Shown: positions 10,325 through 18,835, counted from the first letter of the stretch. The stretch: DNA of 64,000 bases from Candidatus Bathyarchaeia archaeon (GCA_038883795.1 JAVZLK010000001.1:160001-224000), one strand, 5' to 3'. Program-made: numbers and translations. The notes: generated by a model not told the origin, from the sequence alone.

Positions 10325-10933
10325 TTAAGCCCCCCATTTAAGCCGTTTCCCCTCACAAAATTCTCTAAACTCTTTTAAGCCCTCAGGAGCCCCACGGGCT
10401 ATGATAATGTCACCTACTTTAATTTTCTCTGTTTCCTTGGGGTCGATTACCCAGTCCTTGTCTCTGCGAATTGCAATTATGTCAACACCCATTTCTGCCG
10501 CCAATTTCAATTCGCCTATCGATTTTCCAACAAGTATGGAATTATTCATTATCTCAACTCTGATTAGGCGCTCTTCAACTTTTTCAAAAATTTCTCCAAT
10601 TATAGGGTGTATGCCAATCTTTTGGGTAACGATGGCTGCTATATCAGCAGCTGCATCGGATATCTTGTCAGCGGCGGAAGCAACTGTTGAAACACCTGTC
10701 AGGGCCTCAGCGTCTTCGGGATCTCTTGCGGCAAGCATTATTGTCATGTCCAATTGATAAGCTAGGGTGTCAACGCGCTTTTCAAGTTCCAAAACATCTT
10801 CAGCAAGATCTTTATCATTAAACAAAGCTGCCGAATATGCCAAATCGATCATCAATTCAGATAGGTTCTTCATTTCAAGGAAAAGTTCTCGGACGGGGAT
10901 TGGTTGATATTCAATCTTCTCGAAACGAGGCAT
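10325..10933 (-). CDS. PhoU-like + TrkA-C (RCK_C) domain protein (paralogue)
   Basis: EMKNLSELMIDLAYSA; IIAIRRD...DP...I..GDIIIARG. Confidence 0.85.
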   Translation of the reverse strand: MPRFEKIEYQPIPVRELFLEMKNLSELMIDLAYSAALFNDKDLAEDVLELEKRVDTLAYQLDMTIMLAARDPEDAEALTGVSTVASAADKISDAAADIAAIVTQKIGIHPIIGEIFEKVEERLIRVEIMNNSILVGKSIGELKLAAEMGVDIIAIRRDKDWVIDPKETEKIKVGDIIIARGAPEGLKEFREFCEGKRLKWGA

Positions 10934-10991
10934 ATTGTTAAAGTCGCTCCAACCATCACTATAATAAAAGTTTTTGATTATTATCCTTTTC

Positions 10992-12188
10992 TTAAAATTC
11001 GCCTACTAGAAACAGGGCTACAAGCAAAGCAATGGTTGTGATACTGTCTGCAAGGGAACTTTCAATGGGAATAACAAAGTTGTCTGGGTCTAACCCTTTT
11101 TGAAAGGTTAAGATTGCCACAGCAAATGATATTATGATAATTGCCGACACTGCAATTAAATTGGCTATAAGTAAGAGAGTTGTGAACCCAAGAAAGGCGG
11201 AAGGCGAGAGCATATTGTTTATGGAAAGCGATAAAGCCGAAAATAAAACAAAGTAAACAACAGCAGAAGCCCAAGCTGCAAAAATCTGTTGAGAATGGTT
11301 TCGCATAGCAGTAAAAGAAGGTTTAAGCAAACCTAAAGCGAGCTTTGTTGTGGCTGTAGAACCCACAACAGAACCCACATCTCCTACAGTATCAATTAGG
11401 GCGGGGTAGACGCTATAAATCTCTTTGCGTCCTTCTACAATAATGCTTATTCTATTAAGCACAGTTCCGGTGATGTTAACGATAAAAGCCACAATTAACA
11501 GTGTAGCTAAAGATTCTTTCAAAGTTTTAATAAACTCGTTTGTCTTAAAATCTCGCAAAACAAGATACAATGTCAAAAATATATGGAAAAACATGACGAA
11601 AACAACGGCATATTTAGAAAAACCGTATAAAACAAGCACAAAAATGTAGCACATCGTTATAAATATGTCAGCAACGGTCGACATTATTGGATATTCAATA
11701 ACATCCGGGTCTAAACCCTTCTTAAATGTTGTAAAACCAACACCCATCGTAATAAAAGAAAGAATAAGCCCAAAAGTCATGGTTGAAACCACAGCCGCAA
11801 AAATATCAAAGAAAACATCGGAAGATATTCCCCAAAAAACACTCCCAAAAAACATTGAAACACAACTCATAAAAATGCTGGTCTCCAAAGTTAGAACAAT
11901 AATCGCATCAAACAAAACATAAAAACTCTTTGTATTTCCAAAAAACTTTGGATAAATTGTACCAAGATGCAATGCGGTACCCAAGCGTCCACTAAACAAT
12001 CCGCTTATCATCCCCCGCGCACTTAAGATTGTTGGATAAACAGCTATAGCCCAAGGATAAGATTGGAAAACATTAAAGCAATAAGCCACAAGAAAACCAG
12101 CGATTACACCGCCAAAATCGAAAGCATACGCTATTAAAGTCTCTTTAAAAGCTTTAAAAAACGCTTTATGATCTTCATAACTTGTCAT
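10992..12188 (-). CDS. MgtE/SLC41-type divalent cation transporter (duplicated membrane domain)
   Basis: Two GLDPD...P...S.AD repeats (GLDPDVIEYPIMSTVAD, GLDPDNFVIPIESSLAD); ~10 TM. Confidence 0.88.
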   Translation of the reverse strand: MTSYEDHKAFFKAFKETLIAYAFDFGGVIAGFLVAYCFNVFQSYPWAIAVYPTILSARGMISGLFSGRLGTALHLGTIYPKFFGNTKSFYVLFDAIIVLTLETSIFMSCVSMFFGSVFWGISSDVFFDIFAAVVSTMTFGLILSFITMGVGFTTFKKGLDPDVIEYPIMSTVADIFITMCYIFVLVLYGFSKYAVVFVMFFHIFLTLYLVLRDFKTNEFIKTLKESLATLLIVAFIVNITGTVLNRISIIVEGRKEIYSVYPALIDTVGDVGSVVGSTATTKLALGLLKPSFTAMRNHSQQIFAAWASAVVYFVLFSALSLSINNMLSPSAFLGFTTLLLIANLIAVSAIIIISFAVAILTFQKGLDPDNFVIPIESSLADSITTIALLVALFLVGEF

Positions 12189-12455
12189 CGGCTAAAAGCC
12201 TCCTTCTCTAAAACTCCACCAGCAAAATTACTGAGAAGAGACTCTACGGATAGGATTGTTTGCCTACTAGCCACATGGAGGGTTACCTCTGTTATAGGCT
12301 GCTGTGTTAGAAAATGAAGAACGTCCATGAAGAGAATGATGGCTAGCCTCATCCTGCGCACCTTCTGAGTCTTTTCGTCCTCCGTCCACTTCAATGTCCA
12401 CTCTCATGTGTTCGCTCTTAAACCCTAAACAGTGGCACTATATTGCTTAAATAGA
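12189..12455 (-). promoter_or_regulatory. TATA promoter plus ~240-nt structured leader with uORFs upstream of MgtE-like operon
   Basis: GGAAATC-TATTTAAG at ~12460-12446; nested inverted repeats 12235-12376; anti-SD 12233-12242; uORF 12407-12267. Confidence 0.6.
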
Positions 12456-12540
12456 TTTCCAACAAGGCTTATGAAAAATTCGTATTTAAAATTCATAATG
12501 GTTTTAATTTTTCAAATCCTAACCCTTCGCCATATCAAAG

Positions 12541-12738
12541 GTGAAAAGCGTGTATATAATATGGGTAAAAATTGATGAAACCTTGCCAAAAATTGAACTG
12601 AAAGGTGAATACCAAACAAAACGGGAAGCAAAAATGGCAGCAAAACAAGCTATAAGCAACATAAAAGTCGAAATCGTAAATGCCTCGCAAAAACGAGATT
12701 ATATAAAACCATTAGCGACAGCAAAGGCTATACGCTGA
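12541..12738 (+). CDS. small hypothetical protein
   Basis: 65 aa ORF filling the intergenic gap. Confidence 0.5.
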   Translation: MKSVYIIWVKIDETLPKIELKGEYQTKREAKMAAKQAISNIKVEIVNASQKRDYIKPLATAKAIR

Positions 12739-12753
12739 AACCAATTTTCCATT

Positions 12754-13143
12754 TCAAACGGAACGTTCGCATATTGAACATTTGCATGTTTTCAAAGCTG
12801 GCAAGTCTTTTTGATGTAGTTCGCAGATAATCTCCTCAGACCTTATCTTGGCACATATATCACATAATTGTTCTACAACTCCCTCTATTGAGGCATCACC
12901 TTTAGCTAATGTGTTTGCAAGCTTTGAAACTCCCTTCATCACCTCTTCGGAATGCCCTATTTCCTCTAAAAGCACTGATCCTCTTTCTCCCTTTAAATAT
13001 TGGGTTATTGCCGCAGGCGTTAACTCCATTTTTGTGGATGCGTCAATTTTGCGCATGTTATACTTTTCCATTAGTTCTTTCATTACTAGCACTCTGATTG
13101 CTGGGAGGACATGCTTAACTATGATTACGCATGGTGGTTTCAT
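12754..13143 (-). CDS. HTH transcriptional regulator with Cys-rich C-terminus (COG2522-like)
   Basis: MKPPC...LPAIR...LTPAAITQYLKGERG; CDIC, CELH, CKCSIC. Confidence 0.85.
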   Translation of the reverse strand: MKPPCVIIVKHVLPAIRVLVMKELMEKYNMRKIDASTKMELTPAAITQYLKGERGSVLLEEIGHSEEVMKGVSKLANTLAKGDASIEGVVEQLCDICAKIRSEEIICELHQKDLPALKTCKCSICERSV

Positions 13144-13186
13144 TTTTGTTTCCCTATTTTTCTTTATGCAGTAAGCTTATATATTT

Positions 13187-13216
13187 TTAACGGCGTTAAT
13201 TATTTAACACTGTTAA
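13187..13216. promoter_or_regulatory. tandem palindromic operator TTAAC-N3-GTTAA x2
   Basis: TTAACggcGTTAA (13187-13199) and TTAACactGTTAA (13204-13216) just downstream of TATA TTATATA (~13178-13184). Confidence 0.65.
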
Positions 13217-13227
13217 AAGGGCCAACT

Positions 13228-13650
13228 ATGATACAAACCAAACTAAAAATAGTCAAACTAAACAAACTAAAACAGCACGAAGAAGTCGACCCTACACACC
13301 TAAAAGAGTTAAAAAAAGAAATAGCCTCAGATAAAATTTTAAAGTTCGCCATAGCCGCCGACAAAAACACAAACATCATCCTCGATGGACAACATAGGTT
13401 CAACGCCATCAAAGAATTAGGATGCAAACGCATCCCAGTAGTCTACGTTGACTACAACTCACCAGAAATAGAAGTTCAAAGCTGGAAGGGCAATCCGCAT
13501 TTGACTAAAAAAGACGTAGTCGAAGCTGGCTTAAGCGGAAGAAAATTCCCACCAAAAACCTCAAAGCATATGGTAAGAATTGGCAGCACCCTCCACCATA
13601 TATCAGTCATCGAGAAACGTGTCGACATTCCACTAGAAAAGTTAAGGTGA
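13228..13650 (+). CDS. ParB/Srx-fold protein, SerK/SbnI-like serine kinase candidate
   Basis: LKQHEE, ILDGQHR, QSW, FPPKTSKH motifs; 7 nt upstream of cysteine synthase. Confidence 0.75.
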   Translation: MIQTKLKIVKLNKLKQHEEVDPTHLKELKKEIASDKILKFAIAADKNTNIILDGQHRFNAIKELGCKRIPVVYVDYNSPEIEVQSWKGNPHLTKKDVVEAGLSGRKFPPKTSKHMVRIGSTLHHISVIEKRVDIPLEKLR

Positions 13651-13657
13651 TTTAAAA

Positions 13658-14575
13658 ATGATTGTGGCGGATGACATAACCCAACTTATCGGCAAAACCC
13701 CTATGGTAAAAATAAATAGGCTTACTGGACCAAACGATGCCACGGTTTATGCAAAATTAGAATGGTACAACATTGGCGGTTCAGTTAAAGATAGGATGGC
13801 TTTGTACTTAATAGAATATGCGGAAGCAGCCGGCAAAATCACTAAAGATAAGAAAATCTTGGAAGCAACGTCAGGAAACACTGGAATAGCGTTAGCTATG
13901 ATAGCAGCTGCAAAGGGCTACAAAATATGCATTGTAATGCCAGAATCCGTAAGCATCGAAAGAAGAAAAATCTTAGAAGCATACGGAGCCGAACTAATCC
14001 TATCGCCGGGCGAAAAGGGAACAGGTGGAGCCATAGAACTTAAACAAAAACTTCTCCAACAACATCCAAACGAATACATAAATCTAGACCAATTTAAAGA
14101 TCCAGCAAACATCCTCGCTCACTACCAAACAACGGGAAAAGAAATTCTCGAGCAAACCAAAGGCAAATTAGACATGATTGTTGTAGGGGTTGGAACAGCG
14201 GGCACAGGCGTAGGAGTTTCCCTACGAGTCAAAGGCTATAACCCAAACATAAAAATAGTTGGCGTAATGCCAAGCCTAGGCGTAAAAATCCAAGGATTAA
14301 GGAACCCAAAGGAACCCTATCCCACACAGCTTTTTAGACCAGAATGTTTTGACGAAATTGTCGAGATTTCGGAAAGTGAGGTGTCAAAAACTTTTGAAGT
14401 GGCACGAAGGACTGCGAAGGAAGAAGGATTACTTATTGGTATGAGTTCAGGAGCAATCCTATACATCGCATTGAAAAAAGCCAAAGAACTTGGTAAAGGG
14501 AAGACAATAGTGGCAGTTCTTCCAGATTCAGGAGAAAAATATCTAAGCACATCACTATTCAAAGGAATAACTTAA
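13658..14575 (+). CDS. cysK: cysteine synthase (O-acetyl/O-phosphoserine sulfhydrylase)
   Basis: GSVKDR PLP lysine, EATSGNTG, GVGTAGT, PDSGEKYLS. Confidence 0.92.
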   Translation: MIVADDITQLIGKTPMVKINRLTGPNDATVYAKLEWYNIGGSVKDRMALYLIEYAEAAGKITKDKKILEATSGNTGIALAMIAAAKGYKICIVMPESVSIERRKILEAYGAELILSPGEKGTGGAIELKQKLLQQHPNEYINLDQFKDPANILAHYQTTGKEILEQTKGKLDMIVVGVGTAGTGVGVSLRVKGYNPNIKIVGVMPSLGVKIQGLRNPKEPYPTQLFRPECFDEIVEISESEVSKTFEVARRTAKEEGLLIGMSSGAILYIALKKAKELGKGKTIVAVLPDSGEKYLSTSLFKGIT

Positions 14576-14708
14576 ACCAAAAGCGCCGGGAATGGTTTAC
14601 ATCTCGGTTTAAATTCTCGGTAAATCCTTCTTCTATAGAGCGCCGATGTAGGTTCTGAGGTTAAATTCCAACCCACCGAGAGCTTCATGTGTCTCCCGCG
14701 TAAAAGTT

Positions 14709-14789
14709 CTAGTGTCGTCTTTTCTTTCTTCTAAACTTCCTTTTTTGCTGCTTCGCAACCTTGGCCTCACGACGCCTCTTAGAACCCAC
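14709..14789 (-). CDS. 26-aa highly basic peptide
   Basis: Manual translation MGSKRRREAKVAKQQKRKFRRKKRRH. Confidence 0.5.
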   Translation of the reverse strand: MGSKRRREAKVAKQQKRKFRRKKRRH

Positions 14790-14813
14790 CAACCATCTTC
14801 ACTCTTCATATAT

Positions 14814-14951
14814 TTATTCGGCGACCCATGTTTTTACAGCTTCTTCGACAGCTCTGGATAGGTCGCCCTTTTTCCCGCCGAATCTCTCAATGGCCTTTAA
14901 TCTGAGCTTCTTTTCCAGCTCATCTGGAATATCCACGCATATCCGGCCCAT
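14814..14951 (-). CDS. ribbon-helix-helix (CopG-like) protein, 45 aa
   Basis: MGRICVDIPDELEKKLRLKAIERFGGKKGDLSRAVEEAVKTWVAE; SD GGTGA. Confidence 0.8.
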   Translation of the reverse strand: MGRICVDIPDELEKKLRLKAIERFGGKKGDLSRAVEEAVKTWVAE

Positions 14952-14952
14952 T

Positions 14953-15066
14953 TCAATCACCAAACTTAATTTTTCTGACACGATTCGCACGTGCTAGATG
15001 TTCTTCCAATAAGCAAATTGCCAGATACCAAGTATTCCCTTCATTTTTGTTATCATCTTTTTTCAC
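14953..15066 (-). CDS. 37-aa hypothetical micro-protein
   Basis: MKKDDNKNEGNTWYLAICLLEEHLARANRVRKIKFGD; stop 1 nt before RHH ATG; TATA-like TTATAA ~45 nt upstream. Confidence 0.45.
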   Translation of the reverse strand: MKKDDNKNEGNTWYLAICLLEEHLARANRVRKIKFGD

Positions 15067-15205
15067 CTTAATTTGCTTATCCGCATTATATATTATGTCA
15101 TTACTAACTTATAAGGATAGCTGTTTAAGCATTTACGCGCTAAATTACATGTGCGCTTGAAAATAAGTTTAAATGTGTTTGTGCTTTATTGAAATGCTAG
15201 GATTT

Positions 15206-15616
15206 ATGATGAGCAAATTGACCACGGCTGAGGTGAAAGTTAGTAAAGTTATGACTAAAAATCTGATTACTGTTTTCCTTGGCAGTATGGTAGAGGAAGC
15301 TGTGAGGAAGATGATTGACTTTGATGTTGAATGCCTTCCCGTCGTTGATTCAAAAGGAATATTACATGGCTTACTCACTTTTAGAGACATAGTGACGAAA
15401 GTTATTTACTCACAAGCTGATGTAAGAAGGCTTAAAGTTGAAGACATAATGGCTAAAGACTTAGTGACTTGTAATCTTAGCTGCACGGTTCTTGACGTTG
15501 TAAAAATAATGAAGAACAAACATCTTAGGCGGATTCCAGTAGTAAACGCCAAAAACAAACTTATGGGACTGGTTACAGATTTTGATTTAGCATTGTTTGG
15601 ATGGGACTTCAAATAA
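15206..15616 (+). CDS. CBS-pair domain protein
   Basis: V.KVMTK..ITV, LPVVD..G.L.GLLT.RDI, IPVVN...LMGLVTDFD. Confidence 0.9.
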   Translation: MMSKLTTAEVKVSKVMTKNLITVFLGSMVEEAVRKMIDFDVECLPVVDSKGILHGLLTFRDIVTKVIYSQADVRRLKVEDIMAKDLVTCNLSCTVLDVVKIMKNKHLRRIPVVNAKNKLMGLVTDFDLALFGWDFK

Positions 15617-15631
15617 GTTTTGCACAGAGGG

Positions 15632-16578
15632 CTAAAAAGCTTCAACTTTATTCTTAAAAGGTGCGACTCTTTTTGCAACTTTAAACATTCTAAGCCATTC
15701 CGTATCAGATAAAAACAATCCCACATATGCTCCAGCGTTGCAGGCTATTCCACATCTTTCGCATATGGGTTTCATTCCATTCTCGTCTGTGTTAGATATG
15801 ACACAAGATTGTTTTATTTTGCCGCTGCTATCCAAATTTACAAAAAACCAGTTTGGACAATTTGCAGTCCATTTTCCATCTCTGAATAGGTTTAATTGTT
15901 TCGATGTATTAGCAATAAAATCCGGATATCTTTCTTTTATTTTTAATAACTTACCTATGGTATTATTTCTTAGTTTTCCATAAGGCAACCATAATTTATC
16001 ATTATAAGAGAAAGGTGTATGAAATTGAAATGTGAAAGCTCTGGCGAAACTGTACCATTCATTGACAACATCTTCTATGCATTTATAGTTTAAACTGTTT
16101 ATCGTCATGTTAATGACCGCATCCACTTCTGGATGGTCAAGAACGTTTTGTTTCACCTTACTGTATATTTTCATACCTCTGATTGCATCGTGAATACTTT
16201 CTATTCCATCTATTGAAATGAAATATCCTGCACCAAAATCGACTAATGGCAACGTCCCATTTGTCACTATAGTGACATAGCGCCATTTCATCTCGCTTAG
16301 AATGGCCTTAATAACGTCTGGTCTAAGAAGTGGTTCGCCGCCGGTTAGACTAATGGACATTACATCGTTTTTTATGAATTTTTCCCTTACGACATTTCTC
16401 CATTCATCAGCACTTAATTCTTTGCGTGGCGTCCTGTTCAGCCACCAGTAACAATGTTTACATTTTAGATTGCAAAAATTTGTAATGTCAGCGGAACCAA
16501 ATATTGGTAATTTTTTCTTTAAATATTTTATTTGAATTATTTTATAAGCAACTTTTGTAACGCCAACTAGTTTTTCAA
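15632..16578 (-). CDS. radical SAM protein (start apparently frameshifted)
   Basis: CNLKCKHC lies in frame upstream of the listed ATG (16360); TGGEPLLR; C-terminal Cys cluster; TTG at 16578 is 1 nt out of frame. Confidence 0.8.
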
Positions 16579-16631
16579 ATTAGAAGACCCGCGCGCCATT
16601 AATTTCTGGTAAATGCTTTCAAGAAGTATAT

Positions 16632-16745
16632 TTACCTTCTCTTCTGTTTCTTTCCACCACGAGCCCTTCTAGTTTGATGCCCCCTCGCTTTCTTACGGCG
16701 AGCGCTCTCTTTGGCTTTTCTAAGGGAATCCTGTTCTCTACTCAT
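16632..16745 (-). CDS. 37-aa highly basic peptide
   Basis: MSREQDSLRKAKESARRKKARGHQTRRARGGKKQKRR; purine-rich GAAGTGAAGGAAC before ATG. Confidence 0.55.
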   Translation of the reverse strand: MSREQDSLRKAKESARRKKARGHQTRRARGGKKQKRR

Positions 16746-16864
16746 GTTCCTTCACTTCATCTCTCTCAAAATATCAACAGCATCCTTCTCAAAAACCTTC
16801 TGTTAAAAGTACAAGTCTGCTTTTTTCCTACTCGTATCAAGTTACATTAATGGTTCGGCATAAG

Positions 16865-16984
16865 CGCCGGGGAAGGGATTCGAACCCTTGCGAGCCCGAA
16901 GGCCCACTGGCTTACTTGCCCTATTCTAGCCCTTATTCTGTTTTGATCTCGAGGCCAGCGCGTTAACCACTCCGCCACCCCGGC
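16865..16984 (-). tRNA. tRNA-Ser(CGA) with 35-nt intron at 37/38 (16913-16947)
   Basis: Acceptor GCCGGGG/CCCCGGC, discriminator G, anticodon stem CTGGC/GCCAG, long variable arm, GGTTCGAATCC; CCA not encoded. Confidence 0.93.
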
Positions 16985-17019
16985 AAACGGATTTAGGTTG
17001 CTTGTATTCTAAAAGGGTT

Positions 17020-17844
17020 TTATTTAATTAATAGTGAAGGGAACATCCACTTTTTCTTCTTTTTGCGTTTCTTCTTGTCCCATTCGTAGAGTATTTTTGT
17101 GGCTTCGTTGGCTATTTTTATGGCGTTTTCTTCGCCTGCTCCGGGTTTAAATTCGTTTTTGCATCTATTAGCATAAACAGCGCATATGGATCCTGCCCTT
17201 AGCCCGTAAAGGTTTGCTAACGTGTAAAGTGTGGCTGCTTCCATTTCGAAGTTTAACACTTTTGCCTTTTGCAAAGTTAAAAACAAGTCTTCCATGTGCA
17301 GTGAATAGCCCTTAACTGTTGGGCGGTTTTGTCCAGCGTAAAAGTCTGCTGTCGTTGCAGTTACGCCAACATGATAATTGCTTATGCCAAGGCTTTCAGC
17401 CGCCTCAATTAAGGCCAACAGAACTTCATAGTTTGCGAAAGCTGGATACTCCGGTATAACGTAACAGTTGCTTGTATAATCCAAGCGGACAGCAGCAGAA
17501 GAAATAATCACGTCGCCACAGTTTATGTCTTCTTGTATGGCGCCGGTGCTGCCCACACGAATAAAGGTACGCACACCAACACGCGAAGCCTCGTTAACAA
17601 CAATTGCCATGCAAGCCGGGCCAATGCCACTTGAAAGGGCAGAAATTGGAACTCCTTTATATTTGCCTGTGAAACTTCGGAATTCGCGGTGGCAAGAAAC
17701 TTCTTTTGCGAATTCCCAAAAAGAGGCAATCTTTGAAACACGGTCCGGATCTCCGGGCACGAGTAAATACTCAGCTAAATCGCCTTTCTTAAATGCAATG
17801 TGGTATTGTTTTTCAGATGGTATTGAGTGCATTCTGTTCACCAT
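17020..17844 (-). CDS. udp: uridine phosphorylase family nucleoside phosphorylase
   Basis: QYHI, VPGDPDRV, IRVGSTGA, FYAGQNR, NFEMEAA. Confidence 0.9.
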   Translation of the reverse strand: MVNRMHSIPSEKQYHIAFKKGDLAEYLLVPGDPDRVSKIASFWEFAKEVSCHREFRSFTGKYKGVPISALSSGIGPACMAIVVNEASRVGVRTFIRVGSTGAIQEDINCGDVIISSAAVRLDYTSNCYVIPEYPAFANYEVLLALIEAAESLGISNYHVGVTATTADFYAGQNRPTVKGYSLHMEDLFLTLQKAKVLNFEMEAATLYTLANLYGLRAGSICAVYANRCKNEFKPGAGEENAIKIANEATKILYEWDKKKRKKKKKWMFPSLLIK

Positions 17845-17851
17845 AGGAGAA

Positions 17852-18835
17852 TTAACCCTTTCTGGGCATTACTAAATCTGCTATGTCAACACTGTGCTCA
17901 TAAATCTGCCTTAACATCGAGGCAGCAGCAAGAATGTTAGGCATAATTTCCAAAGGCTGCTCCTTAGCAACCTTTTCCACACTCGTAAATATTTTTTCAA
18001 CCTTTTCTCGCTCACCACGCACCTTCTCCGCTAAACCTACATCGCCCGCCAAAAAAGCCTTCAAAGCGTCTTCATGCGCTTGGAAACAAGCAAGGTGAAG
18101 GTCAACGAAGGTTTTCTTAAAGTTTTCAGCCAAAGTCTTGCCCTTCAACTCAATTGTTTTTAATGCCACCCTAACGCATTCATCGCCAATGGCTTCTACT
18201 AAACTTGCTACGAGGCGATAGTCTAAACATTCTATGGGGCGTACTCCTAGTTTTTCGCTTAAGCTTGGGTTTTGAATTATTGTTCGGAGAATGCGCACTA
18301 AAAGGAAATAAAGGCGATTCACTTCGTCGTCGCGGGCTATAACAGCCTTTGCTAAGTGCACGTCTCCATCCACCAAAGCATTAACAACATCGCGGTGCAT
18401 GCCTGCAGCAATCGTGTAGCCTCTTCGAAGAATTTTTTCAGGCGGAAAACCTGAGGGTTCCAACAAACATTGTAGGACTATGCGGGAATAATCTTCTTCC
18501 ACAATTTCTAAACCAATAAGTCGACTAACAGCATTTTTAACTATATCGCGAACCTCAAAGCTAATACGCTCTTTCGCCTCGATAGTAATAATGTCAAACC
18601 CTAAGAGATACTTCGCTATGATTTCCCGACTCAGATAAAGGCTAGGCCCCAAAGTAATAGCACGGGGAGAAAGCTCTGCGCCATATTCGGGATCTATAAG
18701 GAGCTTGCCCTCGCTGGTTTCACTGACTGCCACAACAGAGCCAGGTTTAAAGCCGTGGCGTTCAGCCCAGCGCTTAGGCAGACAAACGAAGAATGTGCCG
18801 CTTGGAGTACGTTGGACTTTACGTAATTCGCTCAT
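17852..18835 (-). CDS. AbrB-PhoU phosphate uptake regulator
   Basis: RKVQRT.SGTFFVCLPKRW AbrB domain; two PhoU repeats (RDDEVNRLYFL). Confidence 0.88.
   Translation of the reverse strand: MSELRKVQRTPSGTFFVCLPKRWAERHGFKPGSVVAVSETSEGKLLIDPEYGAELSPRAITLGPSLYLSREIIAKYLLGFDIITIEAKERISFEVRDIVKNAVSRLIGLEIVEEDYSRIVLQCLLEPSGFPPEKILRRGYTIAAGMHRDVVNALVDGDVHLAKAVIARDDEVNRLYFLLVRILRTIIQNPSLSEKLGVRPIECLDYRLVASLVEAIGDECVRVALKTIELKGKTLAENFKKTFVDLHLACFQAHEDALKAFLAGDVGLAEKVRGEREKVEKIFTSVEKVAKEQPLEIMPNILAAASMLRQIYEHSVDIADLVMPRKG

Larger units (their letters stand above)
14581..16870. mobile_element. small degenerate islet integrated at tRNA-Ser 3' end
   Basis: AAGCGCCGGG at 14581-14590 repeats the tRNA 3' end (16862-16871); micro-ORFs, RHH gene, AT-richer cargo; no integrase seen. 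Confidence 0.5.

Noticed and set aside
12294-12330. ATAGGCTGCTG...AAAATG resembles part of the M-box riboswitch
   Set aside because: On the strand opposite the transporter, and the rest of the M-box consensus is absent
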